64,000 nt of DNA from an uncultured Pirellulales bacterium (lineage in GTDB: Bacteria > Planctomycetota > Phycisphaerae > Sedimentisphaerales > Anaerobacaceae). The notes under the pieces were generated by a model. It was not told the origin of the DNA. It worked only from the letters and a program-made list of their open reading frames with translations, and made no database searches. A program made the translations under genes and the position numbers. Below, one piece after another: positions 1-10,503 of the stretch. Where the stretch lies: the NCBI GenBank assembly GCA_964520535.1, contig CAZFOQ010000002.1, positions 32,990 to 96,989 on the forward strand. Direction: 5' to 3'. The first letter of the stretch is position 1. Every line of letters begins with the position of its first letter.

Positions 1-816
1 CCATCGAAAGCGTCGTTAATCTCCCCAATGAGATGTTCGAGTTTGGTGTTACTTGTAATGCTAAGATCCACCTGGGTTATGGCGTTGCCGTTATGGTCGG
101 TTCCGGTTATTTCGATAACTTCACCACCTTCAAGCGGGTCTTCCCCAAACTGGTCGAGATCTTCAATCTTTGTGTTCAGAGCGGCATTATCGCTGCCAAC
201 CGTAAATTCACTGTTTGCTTCCCAGACTTCTGTACTGCTTGCATTAATTGAGATTCGATAATCCGTACCGGCGTCATTACCATTGAGCACCAAATGATAG
301 GCATCGTTGTAGTACAATAAGCTTGCTGTGACACCCGGATTATTCGCATCATTATTGATCAAGCCGGCCAATTCCTCAAGTGTAGTGGTCGCTGTAGTTG
401 TTATTGTTGTTTCCTTATCGTTGTATGAGTAGATAAAAGTGCCGTCTCCTACGTAATCCTCGGCATATTCCAGGCCGGTTGTGTGAACCCAGCGTTCGGC
501 GTTAGCCAATTGGTTGATTACAAGCGTATGATTGCCTTCATAAGCATTGTAGGACGCTTCTGCAGTCAATATATCGGTGTCGCTGGAAGCGGTCGAAAAT
601 GCTCGAAGCTCATTAGCATCGGAAAGAGCCCGAATAGAAGTTTGTAGATTGCTCAACTTTGCTTCCAAAGTGCTCAGATCACTTTTCCTCTCATCCCACA
701 TCTCCTTGCGTTCTTCATACACATTGAGCGAACGCCGCTCGATAGCCATCATTTGAGCGATAAGCTCAGATGTATCAATACCTGTTAGAAGCCCTGGAAA
801 ACGTATAGTCGACATC
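1..816 (-). CDS. fliD: flagellar filament cap protein FliD (hook-associated protein 2), N-terminal about 272 codons; gene runs off the window start
   Basis: Manual minus-strand translation from the ATG at 816-814 gives MSTIRFPGLLTGIDTSELIAQMMAIERRSLNVYEERKEMW...LVINQLANAE. This matches the conserved FliD N-terminus (GLxSGIDTxxLIxQLMxxE ... QLA). It is absent from the ORF track because there is no in-window stop. The + strand ORFs 28-261 and 33-251 are antisense to it. Confidence 0.7.
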
Positions 817-966
817 TTTGTTTACCTTTATTTAATAAATACAAACCAACACACATCACCCTCGCTATATATTATCGTTCAAAAACACCTTCTTCTTAAG
901 GATTTATCATAGGCGAAAAACATTTCAAAGTTCTTTGAACCGGATACCATAATTTTATCTCATTGG

Positions 967-3945
967 CTAATATACTGTTTGTTGTATCATTTCGTCATAT
1001 CTTTGTTTGCCGGATTCACATTTTTGCAATAACTCCCGAATTTGCCGGTTATCCGGTTCGCTTTTCAGACAACCATTTAATTCGGTGCAGGCAAATTCAT
1101 TAGCTATTTCATTATAGACCGGCGGCGAGCTTACCTTAACATGCACCTGGCCAATTGCGAGGTAAGTTGCAGCAATCAGATATTTAGCACGCAATTGCCT
1201 TCTTTGAGGAGATATCTTTTCCCACGCAACATCCGGAAACAGTTCATTGTACGTGAATGTTTCTGCAAATCGCCTGAGGACTTCAAAGAGACATTTAGCC
1301 TTTTGTGTTGCGAAGTCCCCTGAAAGACAGTCGAATCCCATGTGCCGCAAGTACGGAGCACTTCTGAGGTGATGTATTTTCAGGCCATGTTTTACGAACC
1401 GCCGTATCATGTCGTAGCCTTCACCAAAAGACAGGCTTTCGTCATAAAAACCGATTTTGTCGAAAACGCTTTTTCTGATACAAGTTCTGAACGGCACTAT
1501 GGGAAAGCCACTGCGAAACAGGTCCCTTATGAGCGATTTTTCATCTGTGTACTCTGGACTTTCGATTACACGAATCGGCTTGCCGTCCCGGTCAATAAGA
1601 CAATCATCGCAATAAACAAGGTCGGTCTCGGGATGTTTTTCAAACTCATGAAGGTGACTGGAAATTAAGTCAGGCATCATCATATCGTCAGCATCAAGAA
1701 TGACTATAAAAGAACCCTCGGATTTTTTAACTGCTAAGTTTCGGGCACTCGCGGCACCCTCTTTTTCTTTGTAGAAATATTTTATCCTGTTATCTTTAAA
1801 TCCGGTTATTACATCTTTTGTATTGTCAGTGGAGCCGTCATCGACAATAATCAATTCAAAATTTCTATAGTTTTGACTCAGAACACTTTCAATAGCCTTT
1901 GCAATATGCCTTGAGGCATTATAGGGCGGCATAATAACGGAAACTAAAGGGCCCGGCCGGTCATGAGAGGAATTTTGATGGTTATGCTGAGATTTTATAA
2001 GAGATAAATATCGCTCGATACTATCGGCTTTCTTCGACTCGCCGGCAGTAAATAGTTTTTGTGCATATTGAGCAGCTTCCTTCTGAAAATCATGAGGCGT
2101 GAAACAAAATTTATTCACCATATTATCTGAAAATATTTTTAACGCCGCTCTAACTTCTTCAGGCAATAGGGAATTTTTTAGATTATCTATTGTGCCAGTC
2201 AAATGCGGCATTAAGGCTTGTTTCAAATCATCAGGACAATGTTGTGAAAGCCACTCACCCAAGCGCTCAAGCAAGGCTGTATTGAAATAACATTTGTACA
2301 TCATGGCATTTAAATTGAAAATAACCGCCAGTGTTTCCTTAATAGCTTTTGCGGCTCCCTGGGCGGTAGTCAGGTCAATTACGGGAAAACATTCGCCGAA
2401 TTCATGTGAATTCAGGAACTCTATACATGCCTGGGATGAATCATAACAACCGGCTCCCGGAAAGCTTCTCATACCTTGCTTTCTGTGCCAGCGGGTAACA
2501 CATGTTTTCTGGTCAATGAAAAGTGCCCTGTAACGAGCGTTTATCCTGAGCCACATATCAAAATCCTGGCCGTACCTGTATTTTTCATTGAAGCAACCGA
2601 CCTGGTCGAATACTTCCCGATGTATAGCAACACTAATTCCATTAGTATAGTTCCTCTCAAAATAGTGCAGAACCTGCAACTCTACCGGCGGGATAAATTC
2701 CCCTGGATCCGATTTTAATGCACATTTAACACTTCTTTCTTCATCGAAGAGGAAATAGTTTGTATGGAAAAAGCGTATATCCGGATTCTCTTTTATAGCC
2801 TGTAAATGCACCTCCAATTTTTCAGGTTCAAACATGTCATCGGAAGATAACCAGCAAATCCACTCACCACGGGCAGTTTTAATTCCCTCATTCAAAGCAG
2901 AAGCAACGCCACCATTTGTTTTGTGAATGATGCGAATCCGCGCATCTTTTTTTGCATAACCATTCATCACTTCTACAGTCTGGTCGGTCGAACCATCATT
3001 TACTACAATAGCTTCCCAATTATCATAAGTCTGACTTAAGATACTATCCAGGGCTACAGGCAGAAATTCCGCCTGGTTATAAGTTGGGACAATGACAGAA
3101 AATAACGGTTGACTATTCACAAATACCTGTTCGTTTATTTCTGAAGCTTGTGCAAGAAATTTCCCTGCGATAGAGACCTGTCCGGATCCAGGTATTGATC
3201 CCTTGATATTAGACATTTCAGCTCTTTTTACATTATGCAGGCTATCTTTTATTAAGAACTTCTTAGGAGTGGATAGGCGGGGCGTGTATTCTTTGCCTGA
3301 CACCAGGCGTTCGGTTTCCAACTTTTGTAATTTATCACGGTCAAAAACCAAATTGTTATCTTTATAATCGTGTTTTTCAAGAAGATAAACTACAGCGTTA
3401 TAACCGCAAATGGGAGTTTGATATAACACGTTGAAGTACTTCTTCAATTTTTCTTCCCATTCTTCAAAGGAAAAGATGCTGACATGTAGCGGCAACCCAT
3501 CCCAGACACTCTGATGATTAGCAATGGAAAAAATGAGGTACTTTTTACCACAGAAAGCCAATGAGCTCAAAGTTAAATCAATGTCGTCCGGAGGGATGTG
3601 TTCCAATACGTCAAGGCATACGACCACATCGAACAGTTCTTCAGAAAAGTGGCTTGGAATATCCTGAATACATATTTTTTTTATCCTATTATCATCCTTG
3701 TGAAATTTCTCGATGGCCACTTTGCTTGGTTCTATTCCATACACATCATATCCATTTTTAACGAGGCTATAAAATCCTCCTTTGCCCACACCTGCATCTA
3801 AAATTGTTTTGACTCCGTGAATAGACATAAGGTAATTTAAGGTGACAACAAACCGGGGATAATCTGCATTGACTTGTCCATATTCAGGATGATTCAGATA
3901 TACATGGTCGTACTTACTTATCTCTTTTTGACTTAAGTTGGTCAT
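967..3945 (-). CDS. tri-domain protein: class I SAM-dependent methyltransferase (N-terminus) followed by two glycosyltransferase family 2 domains
   Basis: 992 aa ORF. The N-terminus carries a SAM motif LDAGVGKGGF ... VVCLDVLEHI. There are two GT2 signatures: FSVIVPTYNQAEFL...VVNDGSTD and VSVIMPPYNASRHI...IIVDDGSTD. Confidence 0.8.
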   Translation of the reverse strand: MTNLSQKEISKYDHVYLNHPEYGQVNADYPRFVVTLNYLMSIHGVKTILDAGVGKGGFYSLVKNGYDVYGIEPSKVAIEKFHKDDNRIKKICIQDIPSHFSEELFDVVVCLDVLEHIPPDDIDLTLSSLAFCGKKYLIFSIANHQSVWDGLPLHVSIFSFEEWEEKLKKYFNVLYQTPICGYNAVVYLLEKHDYKDNNLVFDRDKLQKLETERLVSGKEYTPRLSTPKKFLIKDSLHNVKRAEMSNIKGSIPGSGQVSIAGKFLAQASEINEQVFVNSQPLFSVIVPTYNQAEFLPVALDSILSQTYDNWEAIVVNDGSTDQTVEVMNGYAKKDARIRIIHKTNGGVASALNEGIKTARGEWICWLSSDDMFEPEKLEVHLQAIKENPDIRFFHTNYFLFDEERSVKCALKSDPGEFIPPVELQVLHYFERNYTNGISVAIHREVFDQVGCFNEKYRYGQDFDMWLRINARYRALFIDQKTCVTRWHRKQGMRSFPGAGCYDSSQACIEFLNSHEFGECFPVIDLTTAQGAAKAIKETLAVIFNLNAMMYKCYFNTALLERLGEWLSQHCPDDLKQALMPHLTGTIDNLKNSLLPEEVRAALKIFSDNMVNKFCFTPHDFQKEAAQYAQKLFTAGESKKADSIERYLSLIKSQHNHQNSSHDRPGPLVSVIMPPYNASRHIAKAIESVLSQNYRNFELIIVDDGSTDNTKDVITGFKDNRIKYFYKEKEGAASARNLAVKKSEGSFIVILDADDMMMPDLISSHLHEFEKHPETDLVYCDDCLIDRDGKPIRVIESPEYTDEKSLIRDLFRSGFPIVPFRTCIRKSVFDKIGFYDESLSFGEGYDMIRRFVKHGLKIHHLRSAPYLRHMGFDCLSGDFATQKAKCLFEVLRRFAETFTYNELFPDVAWEKISPQRRQLRAKYLIAATYLAIGQVHVKVSSPPVYNEIANEFACTELNGCLKSEPDNRQIRELLQKCESGKQRYDEMIQQTVY

Positions 3946-3994
3946 TTTATTGTCTTTCTCAGTCTATCATTTAATTAAAACCATTCAGTATGGT

Positions 3995-5893
3995 TTAATT
4001 GGTCGATATATCTAAGACCCTGGAAACTTTTTCTATATTTTCAATAATCACCGGGTCAAGGGGCTGCAATTCAAGTGCATTTTTAAAGTGCCTGCGCGCA
4101 TCTTCATACTTACCCTGATAATAAGAAACCAGCCCAAGATTATTATGAGCAACGGTAAAGCCGGGATCAGACTCAACAGAGCATAAAAATGCTGCTCCGG
4201 CACTTTCCATATCCCCCATATTTAACAAATCTACTCCTTTGATATTGTGTTTTTGGGCGGATAGATATTTGAAATCTTCTATTTCATTACAGGCTGCAGC
4301 AAAGGGGATAACTTGATCGTTCAAAATCTTATCTGCAAAATAGCAATAAGTATTCTCAAACTCTTTATAATTATCTTCTGTTAGTAAGTTATTGTATTTC
4401 TGAGAAATCGCATCTCCGGCATACCAATGTATACCAATACAGTTCTCTGGAATATCAGTATGTTTGACACAAAAAACTTCTTCCATCCTGTCGAATGTCC
4501 ACGGATAGAGAAGCGCCATTTCATTATTATATGCCTTGATATGCGGATAATATCGTTCCATCATTTTCCAGAAATCTATCTGATACGGTCCAATCTCCTC
4601 AGGAGTATCAGATATTTTTTTTAACCACGCATAAATATTTTCCACACCAACCGTTTGATATTTTTTCACATTGAAGTTATCAAAGGCATTTCGGAATATA
4701 TCCCCATAAAACCTGTTATTTCCGGAAGAGCCGAGAAAACCAATAGAAAAATAATTATTCCTGTAGCATATTATCAGATCATAATTTTTAACCTTCTGAT
4801 AATACTCCTCCATCGGCCTGATGTATAATACATCCAGGTCAGAATAAAATCCGCCTTCTTCTGATAGCTTCTGCCATTTGAAGAAATTACTTTTATGAGA
4901 AGAGCAGAGTATACTCGACCAATCCGTTCCGTCTTTATCGTACAGATCCCATTGTTTTATGGTTATATTTAGTTTCTCTATTTCCTCAAAGTAGTCCTTT
5001 CCACCAAAATTAAAAAAATCCTGAGTTGGCGAATCATTCCACGGCTTGTACTCAATCTCATTAGGTTTGCATAAGTGTAACTCTATTTGCCAATCGGGAT
5101 TTAACTTTCTAAACGAGTATAATGTCATATATCTCAACCACGACATACTTTCGTTTGCCCAAAAGAAGCACATTTTCCTGGGTATCACTTTTGGGCTCGT
5201 CCTATATCTTTTCAATTCTTCTCTTATCCTGGGGACATCATCCAGTATCTTGGCCAGATTCTTTTTTGTTGTCGTGTTATCATGTTTTCTTTTTTTATAT
5301 AATGTTTGAGGTACACATCTGAATTCCATGTCGTGAACGGTCGCTTTGATCATCCAATAAAAATCCTCGCTATAATTTAAATGCTCCGGAAAAGGACCCG
5401 TAATATCGAAGGTTTTCATAGGTATCCAAATCCCGGTAAAGCCAATCGGGGAATCATGCCAGACTACCTTTTTGAACTCTTCCGGTGAATATCTTTTAGG
5501 TGACACTTGATTTACATATTTCCCGTGCTCATCTATAATAATCCAGTCCGAATAAAGTATGGCACCTGGATATTTTTTGGCCTCTTCGTTTTTTACCTCG
5601 AGTAGATTGGGTAACCATATGTCATCGCTCGGGCACCATGTCCATACATTGCCTCTGGTATTTCTTATGCTTTTATTAATAACAACTCCAACGTTGTGAG
5701 ATTTGGGAATCTGAAAAGGTCTTATACGTTCATCTTTTTTAGCATAACTTTGTATAACATCCCATGTATTGTCGGTAGAGCCATCGTCATATATCAAATA
5801 TTCGAAATCAGAATATGCCTGATTTAAAACACTTTCGATTGCCTCAGGCAGATGCTTACCCTGGTTATAACATGAAGTAAATACAGTAATCAT
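3995..5893 (-). CDS. glycosyltransferase family 2 domain, a second DXD-type sugar-transferase-like region (GGFYSDLDV), and C-terminal TPR repeats
   Basis: 632 aa ORF. N-terminus VFTSCYNQGKHL...LIYDDGSTD is GT2. The middle has a Gly_transf_sug-like GGxYxDxD motif. The C-terminus has TPR-like repeats (AFLCSVESDPGFTVAHNNLGLVSYYQGKYEDARRHFKNALELQP). RBS GAGAGA upstream. Confidence 0.75.
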   Translation of the reverse strand: MITVFTSCYNQGKHLPEAIESVLNQAYSDFEYLIYDDGSTDNTWDVIQSYAKKDERIRPFQIPKSHNVGVVINKSIRNTRGNVWTWCPSDDIWLPNLLEVKNEEAKKYPGAILYSDWIIIDEHGKYVNQVSPKRYSPEEFKKVVWHDSPIGFTGIWIPMKTFDITGPFPEHLNYSEDFYWMIKATVHDMEFRCVPQTLYKKRKHDNTTTKKNLAKILDDVPRIREELKRYRTSPKVIPRKMCFFWANESMSWLRYMTLYSFRKLNPDWQIELHLCKPNEIEYKPWNDSPTQDFFNFGGKDYFEEIEKLNITIKQWDLYDKDGTDWSSILCSSHKSNFFKWQKLSEEGGFYSDLDVLYIRPMEEYYQKVKNYDLIICYRNNYFSIGFLGSSGNNRFYGDIFRNAFDNFNVKKYQTVGVENIYAWLKKISDTPEEIGPYQIDFWKMMERYYPHIKAYNNEMALLYPWTFDRMEEVFCVKHTDIPENCIGIHWYAGDAISQKYNNLLTEDNYKEFENTYCYFADKILNDQVIPFAAACNEIEDFKYLSAQKHNIKGVDLLNMGDMESAGAAFLCSVESDPGFTVAHNNLGLVSYYQGKYEDARRHFKNALELQPLDPVIIENIEKVSRVLDISTN

Positions 5894-5979
5894 AGTCTCT
5901 CGCCTTCGATGCTGTAATTGGATAAACTAACATCAACATTAATAGCCCTTGCTGTGTAGTCTGGACTAACTGTGACGTA

Positions 5980-7062
5980 TCACAAATACAAATATCCCAT
6001 AAGAATTCTTACTACCAACTCACTAACGTCTTCCCTAAGATATTCCCGGGGAGCGTTCCAGTCCTTTTCCAGTGTCAGAACTGTCCCTACACACCGTATT
6101 ATGTTCTCAGTTTCAGTGCCGCTAAGTATATTGCTGCCGCATTCAATTGTCTCCGGACGTTCAGTTACATCGCGAATCGTAACTGTCGGAACTTTGAAAA
6201 TGGCACATTCTTCCTGAACAGTCCCGCTATCACTGATGACGCAGAGTGCGTTTCTCTCAAGAGCAATAAACTCGAAAAATCCAAATGGAGACATAAAGCG
6301 AATTTCTTTGTTGTCCGGCAGAATGCCGAACTCTGCCATCCTTTTTTTTGTACGCGGATGAGTACTTACAATGACAGGAACATCATATTCGGCCTGTAGT
6401 CTGTTCAATGCTTTGGCTACGCCGTTTAGCCGTCCTTCTATATCTACATTCTCCTCGCGGTGCATTGTCACAAGAAAATATTTTTGTGCTTTAAGATTTA
6501 ATTCTTCAAGAATCGAGCACCGTTGGATATGTTTATCATAATGCCGGATAACCTCGTATATCGGATTTCCAGTGACATATATTCTCTCACCTTCAATTCC
6601 CTCTCGCAGCAGATTAGCCCTGCTTCGCTCGGTATAAGGCAAAAGCACATCGCTCGAATGGTCGATAATCCGGCGATTAACTTCTTCCGGAACACGGTCG
6701 TCATAACAACGATTTCCCGCTTCCATGTGATAGACCGGGATCGCCATCCGCTTTGCCATAATTGCCGCCATACTGCTGTTTGTGTCACCTAAGACAAGAA
6801 ATTTATCCGGGTTTTCCCGGCGAAGAACTTTTTCTATTCCCGCCAATATAATGCTGACTTGTTCGCCGAATGTCCCCCTGGCATTAAGAAAACAATCCGG
6901 CTTTCTGACTCCAAGCTGCTGAAAAAAAATATCGTTAAGATTAAAATCGTAGTTCTGACAGGTATGCACCACGATTTGCTCGCAGAGCTTATCGAGCTTA
7001 GCAATAATCCGACTCAATCGAATTATCTCAGGCCGAGTGCCTAAAATGGTGAGTATCTTCAT
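5980..7062 (-). CDS. UDP-N-acetylglucosamine 2-epimerase (WecB/CapG/FnlC-like, non-hydrolysing family)
   Basis: 360 aa. N-terminus MKILTILGTRPEIIRL and the overall length are typical of UDP-GlcNAc 2-epimerases. Overlaps the upstream gene by 4 bp (translational coupling). Confidence 0.8.
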   Translation of the reverse strand: MKILTILGTRPEIIRLSRIIAKLDKLCEQIVVHTCQNYDFNLNDIFFQQLGVRKPDCFLNARGTFGEQVSIILAGIEKVLRRENPDKFLVLGDTNSSMAAIMAKRMAIPVYHMEAGNRCYDDRVPEEVNRRIIDHSSDVLLPYTERSRANLLREGIEGERIYVTGNPIYEVIRHYDKHIQRCSILEELNLKAQKYFLVTMHREENVDIEGRLNGVAKALNRLQAEYDVPVIVSTHPRTKKRMAEFGILPDNKEIRFMSPFGFFEFIALERNALCVISDSGTVQEECAIFKVPTVTIRDVTERPETIECGSNILSGTETENIIRCVGTVLTLEKDWNAPREYLREDVSELVVRILMGYLYL

Positions 7063-7991
7063 TCTCCAAGCTCCTCGAACCGATAATCAAAAGTAGCAAG
7101 CTCCTCCACCATCTCGCAAATAGTTGGTGGGCGATCATTGTACCCGGCATTTTCCCAAAGTTTTTCATTTAGATTTTGATTTTCTGTAGCCAGCCTCCTA
7201 TCGATAATACTCTGTGCATCTATCGCTGAGATCTTAATATCAGGACGTTGATAACATCTTGCAAAACAGTACAACAGGTCATGCTTTGTAATATCTCCAC
7301 CGGGAACTATATGCTGGATATGAGGCAAAGGGATATTATCTTTAATAATACCGTGACAGATTTTAGCAAAATGCAGCGTTGTCACGCCGTTCCAGGAATG
7401 ATTTTTGTAGCCGGAAACTTTCGCATTAGCCGGTTGCCGCCGAAACCATTCGAGTAACGAGACGTAACTTTTCGGTTCAGGACCAATAATCGAACAGCGA
7501 AGGTGACTAAAATTTGGAAGCCGGACCTCACCCAGGCTTTTTGTCTTGCCATATACATCAAGGGCATCGTGCTTATTGCTTTCGAGATAGCATCCTCTTA
7601 AACCTGAATACACACAATCAGTTGCAATTTGCAATATACGGGATTTCTCAAAACATCGAGCCAACCAATGCGGATAGCAGGAATTTCCCACTATTGCACG
7701 TTCTGCTTCCATTGGTTGATCGTCATGTATGTAAGGCTTGATGATGCCAATGGCGTTTATAATCCAATCAGGTTCGGCAAATTCCCGAAATTGCCGTACA
7801 GTCTGATTTTCGTCTTTAATTTCGAAAATCTGCCATTCGACATTACCTATACGGTTACGAGTCTTTTCAATAAGCTTCTGTGAGCGGACGGTGCCGGTTA
7901 CAGACAGACTTTTATCACGAGAAAGAACATCTGTCACCATAGAGCCAAGCATACCGCTTGCACCAAGAACAAGCACTGTCGTTTTGTTCAC
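7059..7991 (-). CDS. NAD(P)-dependent sugar-nucleotide reductase, RmlD (dTDP-4-dehydrorhamnose reductase)-like SDR
   Basis: 310 aa. N-terminal Rossmann motif VLVLGASGMLGS, with length and pattern of the RmlD substrate-binding family. Confidence 0.6.
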   Translation of the reverse strand: MNKTTVLVLGASGMLGSMVTDVLSRDKSLSVTGTVRSQKLIEKTRNRIGNVEWQIFEIKDENQTVRQFREFAEPDWIINAIGIIKPYIHDDQPMEAERAIVGNSCYPHWLARCFEKSRILQIATDCVYSGLRGCYLESNKHDALDVYGKTKSLGEVRLPNFSHLRCSIIGPEPKSYVSLLEWFRRQPANAKVSGYKNHSWNGVTTLHFAKICHGIIKDNIPLPHIQHIVPGGDITKHDLLYCFARCYQRPDIKISAIDAQSIIDRRLATENQNLNEKLWENAGYNDRPPTICEMVEELATFDYRFEELGE

Positions 7992-8012
7992 AAGAACTTT
8001 CCCTTGTATATT

Positions 8013-8456
8013 TTATCTCTCAACAACATTCCAGATGTCCCAATAACGGGCATCATAGCGAATATCGTCTTTGGCACTTTCTTCAAGTGTCGCATTTGAG
8101 AAGAACATCAATATCAGGTCGGAGGTGAGCGACATAAAGCCGTTGGCATATCCCGGAGGGATATAAAGCACCTGCGGTTTCTTTGAAGAAATCACATACC
8201 GCCCTACCTGCAAATTGATGGAAGGTTTTTCCCAGTTGTCAATTTTTACCGCACCGACAAGAGCGGCACCGGCCACTGGAATTACATATTTTGCTTCGCG
8301 CTTATGGGCGTGCCAGGCTCGTACAAATCCGGCTTTGTGATTTGATACAATATAAAAACGCTTAACAGACTCAAATTGAAATCCATTGACAAAAGCTATT
8401 TCGCCCCGGTCATCCACAGCTAATCCGCCGTCAAGAATGTAAGGTCCATCTTTCAT
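8013..8456 (-). CDS. small cupin-fold sugar-nucleotide epimerase/3,4-ketoisomerase (RmlC/FdtA-like)
   Basis: 147 aa. Cupin-like core FVRAWHAHKREAKYVIPVAG. Size and context (between an SDR dehydratase/epimerase and a reductase) fit FdtA/RmlC-type enzymes. Confidence 0.5.
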   Translation of the reverse strand: MKDGPYILDGGLAVDDRGEIAFVNGFQFESVKRFYIVSNHKAGFVRAWHAHKREAKYVIPVAGAALVGAVKIDNWEKPSINLQVGRYVISSKKPQVLYIPPGYANGFMSLTSDLILMFFSNATLEESAKDDIRYDARYWDIWNVVER

Positions 8457-9442
8457 CTGACGTGCTCCAACATTTCCCTTTTTAAAAGAGTCACCTTAAA
8501 TCGCTGCAGCTCCGGCACGCACTTTGTTAAAAAAGCCTGGTTGGTATACCGTGGATTCATAACATCTTTTAAACGTCTTGTTTCGATCAGCTCTTTGATC
8601 TCGATGATACCGTCATCGATAGAATATCGCGGCCTCCATCCCAATTCTGTACGTATCTTGTCGCTGCTGACGCGGTAATTTCTCACATCTCCAAATTCCA
8701 TATCGGTCTTGCTCACAACGGTATCCGGAAAATGGTTTCGCACCTGATATGCCAAATCCACAATGCGAACGTTTTGACGGTGTAAGTTGTATATGCCCGT
8801 GTATTCAGTATCGATATAGTCAACTATTGCCCCTGCCACATCCCGAACATGCAGAAGAGGCCGAAATTGTTCTCCTCCAAATACCGTCAATTCCCCATCC
8901 AGTGCAGCTCGAACAGTCATCACATTTACAACCAAATCAAGACGCAAACGTGCAAATAAATCACTGACGCCGAATAAGGTGCCAAGCCGAAATATCAGTG
9001 CATTTTTATCATTCAAATATTGTTCAGCATTTAATTTTGTTCCGGCATAAACTGAAAGAGGTCCGGTTGGAGATCCTTCAGAAAGTATGCCATTCTGCGC
9101 CCCATATACAGAGCACGTTGAAGTGAAAATTATCCGCCCATCATAATTTTCACAAAGCCATCTTACCGAATTTTGGTTTATTTCCATGCTTAGATTCGGA
9201 TTAATGGCACACGCTCCATCACCGACCAATGCCGCCAGCCAAATAACTGCATCGGCCCAGTCTAACTGTTCGCCGAGTCGGTCACTATTGCGGATATCTC
9301 CATAAACAAACTCAACCGGTTTACGATATGACTCTTCATAGATTAAGGAATCATAGACCCTTGTTCTGTGATTTGTTTCCCGTAATATATCCGTAATTGC
9401 TCCGCCGATGTAACCGGCTCCACCTACGACTAAGATGTTCAT
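8453..9442 (-). CDS. NAD-dependent nucleotide-sugar epimerase/dehydratase (extended SDR, GalE-like)
   Basis: 329 aa. N-terminus MNILVVGGAGYIGG (Rossmann), with an STCSVYG catalytic-Ser region and a YxxxK-type SDR layout. 4-bp overlap with the downstream cupin gene. Confidence 0.75.
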   Translation of the reverse strand: MNILVVGGAGYIGGAITDILRETNHRTRVYDSLIYEESYRKPVEFVYGDIRNSDRLGEQLDWADAVIWLAALVGDGACAINPNLSMEINQNSVRWLCENYDGRIIFTSTCSVYGAQNGILSEGSPTGPLSVYAGTKLNAEQYLNDKNALIFRLGTLFGVSDLFARLRLDLVVNVMTVRAALDGELTVFGGEQFRPLLHVRDVAGAIVDYIDTEYTGIYNLHRQNVRIVDLAYQVRNHFPDTVVSKTDMEFGDVRNYRVSSDKIRTELGWRPRYSIDDGIIEIKELIETRRLKDVMNPRYTNQAFLTKCVPELQRFKVTLLKREMLEHVR

Positions 9443-9529
9443 TTACCTAATCACTCCAAAATAATTAATATGATTCCAACTGATAGTTAGACTCAGAGTG
9501 AAAATATTTTTCTTATATATTTATTTCAG

Positions 9530-9868
9530 TCAAATATTATTGCGATATGTCACTATTGTTTTTTTGCCTTTGCGTATATGATTCAACTCTTTAGCAGTTT
9601 CGGCTTTTTGAGCTGTGATAGCCAGATGAAGATTATCGTATAGTTTTTTTATTCGCTCCCTTCGATTTATGAATTGAGCTAATTCAAGAATTCCTGCCTG
9701 TTTGATTTTTCCTACAAGAACATCTGCCTGCATGGACATATTTTCAATCCTTCTTCCCGCCGGATCACCTTGATGAATCTGCTCTATTTGTTTTTCCAAC
9801 AGATTCTCCAGTTCATCTAACAGATGCATCTGTTCTACCGGAATAAAATCTATACTTTCGGTGCTCAT
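9530..9868 (-). CDS. hypothetical all-helical 112 aa protein, possibly a flagellar export chaperone-like protein (FliT/FlgN-like); unassigned
   Basis: ORF in the operon with 4-bp overlap to the upstream TPR gene. Coiled-coil-like composition. No diagnostic motif recognised. Confidence 0.35.
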   Translation of the reverse strand: MSTESIDFIPVEQMHLLDELENLLEKQIEQIHQGDPAGRRIENMSMQADVLVGKIKQAGILELAQFINRRERIKKLYDNLHLAITAQKAETAKELNHIRKGKKTIVTYRNNI

Positions 9869-10503
9869 ACTGTTTGAACTCTTGCTTGTTTTGCCTGAGT
9901 CATCCTGTGTTCTACTTCTTCAAGCAGATAGGCTGCATCTCTGTGATCGCAGTCGAGTGTTAAGATATCCAGAAGTATATTTTTAGAATCCTCCAACTTG
10001 CCATCTTTCATATATAAAGCTGCCAAGGGGTACATCACGGATACGTCGCCCGGATGCATATTCAAATACAATTCCAAATAGTGCGTGACTTTTGCAAACG
10101 AACCCATCTGGCAGGATGTTTGAAACAAACCCAAAATACCTATGAGGTTGTCAGTATCCAATTCCAGGCATTTTAGAAACATCTCAAAGGCCCTTTTGTA
10201 ATCGCCTCTTTGTTGTGCGACTAAACCCAAACCGGCATAGGCCTTAGCCGACCTGTTGTCCAGTCGACAAGCAACCTTGAAGGCTGTCTCAGCATCATCA
10301 ATGAGATTCTTTTGCAGGGCCACTACACCAAGACCAACATAAGGCCCCGCTTCGTCAGGACATAAAACAGCCGCTTTTTCATAAAATTGCTGTGCCTGTA
10401 CCAAGTCACCGACAGAAGTGTGGCAGTCTCCCAGTTCCTGTAATACTTCATAATGCTGTGTTGAATCATGCTTTTGATCCGTATTATTCTGTGTCATGTC
10501 CAT
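9865..10503 (-). CDS. TPR repeat protein
   Basis: 212 aa with repeated TPR-like 34-mers (AGPYVGLGVVALQKNLIDDAETAFKVACRLD... AKAYAGLGLVAQQRGDYKRAFEMFLKCLELD). Confidence 0.65.
   Translation of the reverse strand: MDMTQNNTDQKHDSTQHYEVLQELGDCHTSVGDLVQAQQFYEKAAVLCPDEAGPYVGLGVVALQKNLIDDAETAFKVACRLDNRSAKAYAGLGLVAQQRGDYKRAFEMFLKCLELDTDNLIGILGLFQTSCQMGSFAKVTHYLELYLNMHPGDVSVMYPLAALYMKDGKLEDSKNILLDILTLDCDHRDAAYLLEEVEHRMTQAKQARVQTV

Noticed and set aside
28-261. Two short + strand ORFs at the window start
   Set aside because: They are antisense to the clearly FliD-like minus-strand reading frame (1-816).
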